From: Candidatus Bathyarchaeia archaeon
Lineage (GTDB): Archaea > Thermoproteota > Bathyarchaeia > Bathyarchaeales > Bathycorpusculaceae
Direction of reading: 5' to 3'
Assembly: GCA_049512075.1 (NCBI GenBank)
Contig: JBEKXL010000026.1
Span: forward strand, 1-27,672
DNA length: 27,672 bases
Position numbers and translations under genes: made by a program
Shown: positions 19,301 to 24,753 of the stretch, piece by piece
Numbering within the stretch: the first letter of the stretch is position 1
Layout of the letters: the number at the start of each line of letters is the position of its first letter
The notes under the pieces: model-generated
The model's input: only the letters and a program-made list of their open reading frames with translations
What the model was told of the DNA's origin: nothing
The model's database searches: none

Positions 19301-19945
19301 TTCATTGCGCTCTCTTTCTAGATCATCCAGCCTTTTCTGCACTTCATCTATTCTTCCCATAGCCGTGCGGATGGAGATGTCTGCTGCTCGCAACTTCTCT
19401 TCTGCTTGAGCTTTTTCGCTGTCGTATTGGCCTATTCCCACCAGATCTTCGATTATTTTTCGGCGTTCCATGGGTGAGATGTCTGTCAGCCGTGTTATCG
19501 TGCCTTGCAAGATTATGTTCTGGCTCGTGGAGCTGATTCCAGCCATGGAGAGAATCTCCAGGGAGTGCGCTCTTGAGATTCTTCTTCCATTAAGTCTGTA
19601 GACGCTCTGCCCGTTTCTGTAAACCTCCCGTGAAATCGTAACCGTGACGGTGTCAACTGGCATGCGTCCGTCTGAATTGTCAAATTGGATGACGACCTTG
19701 GCCATTTTTGCTCTTTCCAGGCCGGTCTTTTCAGATCCGTGAAATATAAGTTTGGCAGCGGTTTCTGCACGGAGTCTTCTCGTGCTTAATTCGCCGAGCG
19801 AGAACAAGAATGCGTCCAGAATGTTTGTTTTTCCGCTTCCGTTAGGGCCTGTGATGACTGTGAAACCTTTATCTAGAGATACCTTAACGCCCTGCGGTCC
19901 GAATGACTTGAAGCCCTTAAGCTCTATCTTCTTAATGTAGGGCAT
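16394..19945 (-). CDS. smc: Chromosome segregation protein SMC
   Basis: GFKSF, Walker A GPNGSGKTN, coiled coils, hinge GVYGRL, signature ASGGE, Walker B/D-loop LDEVDAHLD; 1183 aa. Confidence 0.97.
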   Translation of the reverse strand: MPYIKKIELKGFKSFGPQGVKVSLDKGFTVITGPNGSGKTNILDAFLFSLGELSTRRLRAETAAKLIFHGSEKTGLERAKMAKVVIQFDNSDGRMPVDTVTVTISREVYRNGQSVYRLNGRRISRAHSLEILSMAGISSTSQNIILQGTITRLTDISPMERRKIIEDLVGIGQYDSEKAQAEEKLRAADISIRTAMGRIDEVQKRLDDLERERNELLRANFIHGEIRKFETVKISYEMAQTQKKVEETSSEAEKIGGRLEKLRQLRDGRRSKRRAVEGEWRRLSSEIVEEGGSQVLKVQVRIGELKSKLTEMASKISSGKTSLEGLKRIRENNLEQYQSIQKEIRENRLRIRQLRSENDRISDQTSQKQAEHDVLAQETVQLWENLGENSKRIREIELKLEDDYKRLAFLRSEYLKNQTAIRVHARRLKDIQDRKTRFSGTMSELEKSFLELEKVQKEQKTQLKNLERTRERRMAQREAAEREIEEAGKIANSAREAVVEFVTQRELAETVAAEEKALRSIEELGELGVIQGVYGRLRNMIKIDKSFQRAIEAAATGWLDALVVKDLDSAFTCTEALRRMKLGRVKIIPLQEATNVKPAKVPEKEGISGAAPLFMKYEKNFEPAINFVFGDTLIVSDDKTAFALSAKGCRAVTVNGDVYEVGGAFESGYYRAPIDFSTIIPSELAIKSLDEAVNALQQHLSRRGSDITGFEEEIAKTRVEIARLSEAITTLEREIARVKRNIRRTRSNVKRIDHLVTRTDKEIENEKSQMWIHRAERSTIQKELRKLQTELASLRRKADPGHIQEMEVDREKLAEEIITLRQKLGATQTETSTLQSQFDNVLRVGYQNSKIQVSKVNQQQGRVEKEVEEALKDRESLKQELGELEKSRVELSKSVFSAREESKKFTTQIDDIDKELKKLDTEYEQVDRLLNQLQLNVQTSLLQLEQRRNQLKLLGYEQPLAVAPKQVEEAETSIRMMQFELERIGAVNQLALSHYADQISRYKELSMRMNELEKEKQAILQFMDEIDHKKCRVFTEAFDKINQNLRKYFSKVTGGGDAVLTLENAEDPFQGGIDMIVTFPNKPSIVVGGASGGERSVAAVAFIFALREFTPASFYVLDEVDAHLDALHVSKLADLLLEESDETQFIVITLKPEMVNKAQKVYGVYMRDGNSNVVSAKFLEAQG

Positions 19946-20008
19946 TCAGTTTAAGCCCTCACTTTCTCCGAAACATGCCCCTATCTCATCGTAGACATTT
20001 GTCTGATG

Positions 20009-20020
20009 TTTTTATAAAAA
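20009..20020 (-). promoter_or_regulatory. Putative TATA box of smc-scpAB
   Basis: TTTTTATAAAAA about 65 bp upstream of the smc ATG. Confidence 0.45.
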
Positions 20021-20059
20021 TGTTTACTGTGTCTCCAAGCTTTAACAGTTACGTACTTT

Positions 20060-20584
20060 TCAGTGTTCTTTTCCAGCCTTCGACTTGTACTTTGCAGCAA
20101 TTTTCTTGACAAAATCTTTCAAGACCGCGTCTGGTCCCAAAACAACCAGGTACTCGTCGTTTTGGACTTTGCACGAAAGATTCGATTCCTTTGCAAGAGC
20201 TTTCAGTTTTTCGAGGGACAACTCGTTTGAGGGTGTGAGGCGAATCCACTTCTGTTCTCCGGGCACGCCGGAAATGAACTTTGTTTCCTCTTCCTCTTCA
20301 TCCACGATTTTTCGGCCAGCTTCATCCGTCCGCTGAAGCCATTCATCAACGTATGCTTGGCCGAACCTTCTCTGTCCCTCAGAAATCAGGTAGGATTCTA
20401 CATTTGTAAGGTATCCGTCAATTTTCTGTGCGTTCTCCCCGCGGCTTGGGTCAGCTTTCAAAATCTTGATTATTGTCTTTGCGCTTTTCAAGTCGCCAAT
20501 TATGTCTGCTGGAACGGTTACTTCTTTTTTCTTGAAGTCGGTAACCATTTCTTCCAGCACCTTCCAAACGGCGAGGTATCCCAT
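20060..20584 (-). CDS. DUF2096-like archaeal protein
   Basis: W.VL..M..D...DL..AKT.I and VESYL..., F..GVP...WIR pattern recalled for this family; probable ATG at 20584. Confidence 0.65.
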   Translation of the reverse strand: MGYLAVWKVLEEMVTDFKKKEVTVPADIIGDLKSAKTIIKILKADPSRGENAQKIDGYLTNVESYLISEGQRRFGQAYVDEWLQRTDEAGRKIVDEEEEETKFISGVPGEQKWIRLTPSNELSLEKLKALAKESNLSCKVQNDEYLVVLGPDAVLKDFVKKIAAKYKSKAGKEH

Positions 20585-20678
20585 GGGCCAGTTCACTGTT
20601 CCATGTTTCTTTAGGCAATCGTATTTATTTAGGAATTGTCATGATAGGATGGAACAAATGAAAACTCTGGGAAATTGC

Positions 20679-21257
20679 TCAGAAACCAGATTGGGCTTGG
20701 ATGGGTAAGCGTTTTCCAAATCTCTCTTCATAGACTATTTGGCGAAGTTCTTTTCTTTCTTTTTTCAGAATGTCGTACTTGGCGTGCCCAATCGGGAGAA
20801 GCGTTATCACACGGTGGTTTTTCGGGATTTCCAGAATTTTTTTCACTTTGGCCTCAGCTGAGTTCTTCTGGTCTTTCAAGTCAAAGATGCCAATCCAAGC
20901 GGTTTGCAATCCCAGACTGTGAGCGGCGAGGGCCATGTTCTGTGTTGCTATGGCCCCGGCCTCTACAAAGTGGTACGGGTCTTCCTCAGTGTTAACGGTG
21001 ACTGCGATGCAAACTGGCGCTTCTCTTAGTCCCTGGACAAAAGCCGTGGGAACTACCTCGCTCAATTGTTCTTTCGTTTTCGGGTCTTTTATGATTGTGA
21101 AGTTCCAGGGCTGCTTGTTAAGCCAGGAAGGTGCCCACCGTCCAGCCTCAAGGACATCTTCAACCTTGCCCTGTTCCACACCGGTGCTTTCAAATCTGAG
21201 GGTTGTTCGTCTTTTCTTGATTACGTCCAAAACTGGGTTGTCCATAGGCTCATTCAT
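20679..21257 (-). CDS. Nitroreductase family protein
   Basis: IKKRRT.LRF, WAPSWLNKQPW, QNMALAAHSLGL and LPIGH; TTATAAAA box at 21284-21291. Confidence 0.92.
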   Translation of the reverse strand: MNEPMDNPVLDVIKKRRTTLRFESTGVEQGKVEDVLEAGRWAPSWLNKQPWNFTIIKDPKTKEQLSEVVPTAFVQGLREAPVCIAVTVNTEEDPYHFVEAGAIATQNMALAAHSLGLQTAWIGIFDLKDQKNSAEAKVKKILEIPKNHRVITLLPIGHAKYDILKKERKELRQIVYEERFGKRLPIQAQSGF

Positions 21258-21471
21258 CCTCTTAGTATCTGGTTAGAACCGTATTTTATAAGCTTTAACA
21301 CTTTTGATCACGCGGCTAAGACGGAGTCTTGTGTCCGTTGAGGGAATATCCCGTTTTGTGAAAAGAGGGATTTTGACATGTTTTTTGGGCCAATAGAGTG
21401 AATTTCCGATTCTGCTTTTGAATTCATAAACGTTTAATGTTTCAGAAAGTTAGTTGTGTCTGCAGGGTGAG

Positions 21472-21696
21472 TTGTCTTTGAACGAACAAATCCTTCAAGC
21501 TTGCAAAGAATTGGTTGACGACGCAAAGCAGGGTTGCGCTGATTTGGTTTTTAAAGAAGTCTGTCTCGAAATTCTATCAAGAGCAAGTCACGTTTTGACA
21601 GAACGCCAATTCAAACAGCTGGCTACGTACACGTCTGAAAGAATGAAAGGGAAAATGTCTCTTGAACTTCAACAGGAATTAGCTATGAACAGGTAG
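21472..21696 (+). CDS. Small helical hypothetical protein
   Basis: TTG at 21472 preceded by a GGTGAG RBS; 74 aa amphipathic helical sequence; fills the intergenic gap. Confidence 0.6.
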   Translation: MSLNEQILQACKELVDDAKQGCADLVFKEVCLEILSRASHVLTERQFKQLATYTSERMKGKMSLELQQELAMNR

Positions 21697-21852
21697 GGCA
21701 TAGCGTAGCTTCGCACGTTAATCGTCTCAGTATCATTAAGCGCATTTCAACTCTCGCTGAGGCTGTATCTCCGGTCGTCCTCACCCTGCCTTGCCTTTTT
21801 CGCAACATTTTTTTGTTACAGATACGACTTGAAACGGGTTACGTATCGGAGC

Positions 21853-22341
21853 TTAGCTGAGCTTGTAGCCTATTTTCCGCAGAAACTCCTTCCTCTCTTT
21901 GATGTCCAGCTCGGTTTCTATGCCCTTGCTCTTCGCCCCGTCGACTACGCCGACTATTCCTCTTCCTTGCTGTGTTTCTGCAATGATAATTTCTAGGGGG
22001 TTTGCTGTTGCGGCATAGATTGTGCAGACTTCTGGGACTCTCTTAACCTTGTCTAGGACGTTTATTGGGTAAGCGTTCTTCAAGAATATTATGAAACTGT
22101 GGCCGCAGCCGATTTCAAACGCAGTTTTTGCTGCGAGTTGCCTCAACTCTTCATCAGTTCCTTCATGCCTCACTAGGCATGGGCCTGAGCTTTCGCAGAA
22201 GCCTATACCGAACTTTATGTTGGGAACGGCGCTAACCAACGCTTCATACAGGTCTTCTACAGTTTTGATGAAATGCGCCATGCCCAGAATCACGTTGCAA
22301 CCTTCACGCGCTTCAACCCTGACAGTTTTGTACTCCAACAT
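21853..22341 (-). CDS. Adenosine-specific kinase family protein (AMP-binding, PF04008-like)
   Basis: [37 protein letters not shown] and [10 protein letters not shown]. Confidence 0.9.
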   Translation of the reverse strand: MLEYKTVRVEAREGCNVILGMAHFIKTVEDLYEALVSAVPNIKFGIGFCESSGPCLVRHEGTDEELRQLAAKTAFEIGCGHSFIIFLKNAYPINVLDKVKRVPEVCTIYAATANPLEIIIAETQQGRGIVGVVDGAKSKGIETELDIKERKEFLRKIGYKLS

Positions 22342-22414
22342 TAGGATTCCCCTGCTTGCTTGCTAGTGTATTACTTCTTAATCTACATTTTTGAGTTTGA
22401 ACTTTGCCACTTTC

Positions 22415-22832
22415 GCTGCGAGCGCGCGCGTTGCTAATCCAAGTATGCTGAAACACCTTTTGCATCATAGCCCAGCGAAGTCGCCCCCCTTTTTCACTTG
22501 TAATGTCAGATGTAATGTGTATGGTAACAAACCATGAAGAAAATCAGGCTGAACTACCGTTCAGAGTGGACTCGGCCCGTTTATTTGTAATGTCAGATGT
22601 AATTTTCATTGTAATAGTCAGGGATTTGGTAGTGTTGCCCGTGGTACAAAGCCAGAATGGTCAGGTCTGGCAGGCTTACTTCGCCGTTGCCGCCTACGTC
22701 GCGCGCGCCGAGTTTCTGGCTGAGAGAACGGGGCTGTTACATGAGGAATTCGCCGTTTTTTGTAGAAGGGCTTATCGTCTGCGCATATTTCTCCGTTTTC
22801 TTCATGTCTTTGAGTGTGCGCGCGTTCGCAGC
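22415..22832. repeat. 418-bp non-coding segment bounded by 15-bp imperfect inverted repeats
   Basis: GCTGCGAGCGCGCGC (22415-22429) versus GCGCGCGTTCGCAGC (22818-22832): 14/15 complementary. Confidence 0.55.
22498..22615. repeat. Two perfect 19-bp direct repeats built from TGTAAT units at 12-bp period
   Basis: TTGTAATGTCAGATGTAAT at 22498-22516 and 22585-22603; extra units at 22523 (GGTAAC) and 22610 (TGTAAT). Confidence 0.85.
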
Positions 22833-22919
22833 TTAGCCCTTTTTTTGGTTGTCGGTCGGAAAAAGTGCCCAATAGTCAGTACAGACCCGAATCCGCTTCG
22901 TCATCATTTCTACGACAAG

Positions 22920-22927
22920 TTTTATAA
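22920..22927 (+). promoter_or_regulatory. Putative BRE/TATA of the CxxC-x17-CxxC gene
   Basis: CGACAAG followed by TTTTATAA, about 80 bp upstream of the ATG at 23007. Confidence 0.45.
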
Positions 22928-23006
22928 GTCTCTGAGGCTTGTGATAACTGCGTCGTGCAAGAAGCGATTTTTGCACAAAACAAGCAAAAGGAGTTGAAAT
23001 CGTAAA

Positions 23007-23147
23007 ATGGCAGAGAAAGAGATGCACAAGGCAGTTTGCGCTGATTGTGGAAAGGAATGCGAAGTTCCCTTCAAGCCTGACACAAGCAGACCAGTATACT
23101 GCCGAGAGTGTTGGTCCAAGAAAAGAAACTCGAGAAGAAGATTCTAA
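23007..23147 (+). CDS. CxxC-x17-CxxC zinc-ribbon protein (46 aa; not in ORF track)
   Basis: Manual translation MAEKEMHKAVCADCGKECEVPFKPDTSRPVYCRECWSKKRNSRRRF; AGGAG upstream; T-rich tract downstream. Confidence 0.92.
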   Translation: MAEKEMHKAVCADCGKECEVPFKPDTSRPVYCRECWSKKRNSRRRF

Positions 23148-23355
23148 ATCAAGCTAATCGCTTTATAGAAACCGTCTTTATTCTCTCTTTTCTTTTTAAG
23201 TGCACACCATTCAGGTTGTGTTTCTAGTCCCTTCAATTTGCGCCAGAGACACGGCATGAGTTTCGGATTGAGGTTTTTGAGCCTCTGCCGTGGAAAGCGT
23301 GAGACCGAAAGCTCTAAATTTCTTGGCGTTCGTCTTTTGTAAAGCAAGTAAAGAC

Positions 23356-23432
23356 GGGCCGGTAGTTCAGTTGGTATGAACGCCTGACTTGCACTCAGGA
23401 GGTCTGGGGTTCAAATCCCCACCGGTCCACCA
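23356..23432 (+). tRNA. tRNA-Ala (anticodon UGC), intronless, CCA encoded
   Basis: Acceptor GGGCCGG/CCGGTCC with the G3:U70 Ala determinant; D stem GTTC/GAAC; anticodon arm CCTGA-CTTGCAC-TCAGG; T arm TGGGG-TTCAAAT-CCCCA; A73 then CCA. Confidence 0.97.
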
Positions 23433-23564
23433 GCGCGCATGCCTGTTCCTAAATTCATTTGCGGGCGATATATACTTCTTCATTCATGACACAGTCCCTT
23501 GCAGCGAGATACAACTCAAGCCTACTGCACCCAAAGAAGGAATTTAGGAACACCCTAGCGCGCT
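23432..23564. repeat. 133-bp inverted-repeat element directly after tRNA-Ala
   Basis: AGCGCGC-N5-TGTTCCTAAATTC at both ends in inverted orientation (7/7 and 13/13 perfect; N5 mismatched). Confidence 0.85.
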
Positions 23565-23735
23565 ACCAGCCTCCGAATCTCTGAGCCGGCGGAAACATGT
23601 CGAATGCACAGCTTGGCTGTTGTAGAAAGTGCGGTCGTAAAGGTCAGCTGGGAGAGGCTTGAGACAGATAGCACAGCAGGCGGCCTTCTGTTCCGCTACT
23701 GGAACACTTGGAACTCGTGGAACGCATGTTTCCAC
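23544..23735 (-). CDS. Putative small zinc-finger protein (CxxC...HxxC)
   Basis: CAICLKPL...VHSTCF ligand pattern; purine-rich leader; last codons and TAA stop lie inside the repeat arm. Confidence 0.45.
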   Translation of the reverse strand: METCVPRVPSVPVAEQKAACCAICLKPLPADLYDRTFYNSQAVHSTCFRRLRDSEAGSALGCS

Positions 23736-23783
23736 TCTCTTTTTTTCTCTCTCCTTAGCGCGCGCTGAACCAGAAAGCGACTC

Positions 23784-24152
23784 TTGGGAATTTCAGGCCT
23801 TTCAGGAAGGAACAGAACAAAAGATGATTTTTGGCATGACCGGAGAGAAAGCGTCAAAACGTCTCTCATAGACTTGGGCCTCTTTATAGAAGTGGCTGAA
23901 AAAGACCAGGTGAACCAAGTTTTGACTCAAGAAAACCTGACGCCTGTAGTCGAGGCACTTCTTTGGCATCCAGTGGTCGATCGAGCTGATCCGGACTTTG
24001 GAAGGGCTGAGATCGCTTAGCTATTCATTCAAGCGGGTTTCAATTACCTAAGTGCTATGAGGGCTAATAACATGACTCTTTCTCATAAGCGGACGATAGA
24101 GGAAGCCATTGATTTGAGTAGATATCTTATGGAATCCTTTAGCGCGCGCTAG
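23784..24152 (+). pseudogene. Fragment of an unknown gene with an internal TAG, bounded by GCGCGCGC palindromes
   Basis: 78-codon ORF, TAG at 24018-24020, then 43 more open codons in the same frame (LFIQAGFNYL...ESFSAR) ending at a TAG in the 24140 palindrome. Confidence 0.5.
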
Positions 24153-24577
24153 TAGAAGTACGTTGCTGTTATTATCGCAGATGCTCGACTGGCGTTTAGG
24201 TTGCCGACGGCGATTTCCACGGAAGCCGGCAGAATAGGAAAAGTCACGTTCGCCTCGTCTACTCCCGGGTTCACTCTGCGACTGTAGCTGAGGCCATTAG
24301 CATAGTAGGACACCTCTATGTATATGCTGGGAGATGCTGATTCCAATTGAACTGTAACATACCCTGCATAGCCAACCGAATAGGAATTATCAGCTTCCCC
24401 ATTGCTCTCAAAGATGAAATAATGCTGGTCAAGCAAAATCTGAGATTCGCACAGATCGACAATATTGCTGAGCCTATATACCCCACTCACCACAAACACC
24501 AGACCAACCACGAGTACCACGCATGAAATTCCAAGCACAATGGCGATGCCTCTACCGACGACTTTCTTTTCACTCAT
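24149..24577 (-). CDS. Membrane-anchored hypothetical protein (N-terminal TM helix, beta-rich extracellular domain)
   Basis: MSEKKVVGR plus a ~25-aa hydrophobic helix, then YAGYVTV and FPILP beta strands; stop TAG is part of TAGCGCGCGCTA. Confidence 0.75.
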   Translation of the reverse strand: MSEKKVVGRGIAIVLGISCVVLVVGLVFVVSGVYRLSNIVDLCESQILLDQHYFIFESNGEADNSYSVGYAGYVTVQLESASPSIYIEVSYYANGLSYSRRVNPGVDEANVTFPILPASVEIAVGNLNASRASAIITATYFY

Positions 24578-24665
24578 CGTGAAACCTCTGATTTACTGTG
24601 TGAGGCCGTGGAAAATAAAGATTAGCACACATTCCGCCAAGCGCGCGCTAAAGAGATAACACCCG

Positions 24666-24680
24666 TGAAACAATGTTTCA
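24666..24680. promoter_or_regulatory. Candidate operator TGAAACA-A-TGTTTCA upstream of the SBP promoter
   Basis: Perfect 7-bp inverted repeat directly upstream of an AACCTTTTATT BRE/TATA-like element. Confidence 0.45.
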
Positions 24681-24753
24681 GTAAACCTTTTATTCGCAAA
24701 AAACACACGTTTCCACTGCCGAAAATAATACAAATCGAAAGGAGAGAAAGGAA

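Noticed and set aside
20597-20656. TGTTCCAT/ATGGAACA inverted repeat as a class A element
   Set aside because: Only 8 bp, with no CG core or ATGGT units; it overlaps an ordinary promoter region.
22498-22603. Mini CRISPR array
   Set aside because: Only two 19-bp repeats, a 68-bp spacer, internal periodicity and no cas genes.
22638-22732. Long hairpin (CCCGT/ACGGG, AGCCAGAA/TTCTGGCT) as an ncRNA
   Set aside because: The homologous class C copy at 27226-27299 does not conserve the pairing, and it does not resemble SRP RNA or RNase P RNA.
22503-22997. 164-aa ORF (and opposite-strand ORFs 22618-22872, 22833-23027)
   Set aside because: Runs through direct repeats, CG palindromes, T-tracts and a promoter; composition is not protein-like.
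22342-23006. Replication origin
   Set aside because: No ORB-like TCCA-x-TGGAAA/G-string motifs, no clear AT-rich unwinding element and no cdc6/orc1 nearby.
23689-23726. TGTTCC-N6-GGAACA palindrome and 9-bp TGGAAC repeats
   Set aside because: Explained by V-P-x codon repeats in the small ORF; no CG core at the class A spacing.
24018-24020. In-frame TAG as pyrrolysine or recoding
   Set aside because: TAG is the normal stop of rps13, rps11, rpl13, eno, MEMO1, ipk and the prenyltransferase at their expected C-termini; a nonsense mutation is simpler.
23432-24653. Canonical integron cassette array
   Set aside because: No RYYYAAC/GTTRRRY cores, mixed gene orientations and no intI in the window; only the geometry is analogous.
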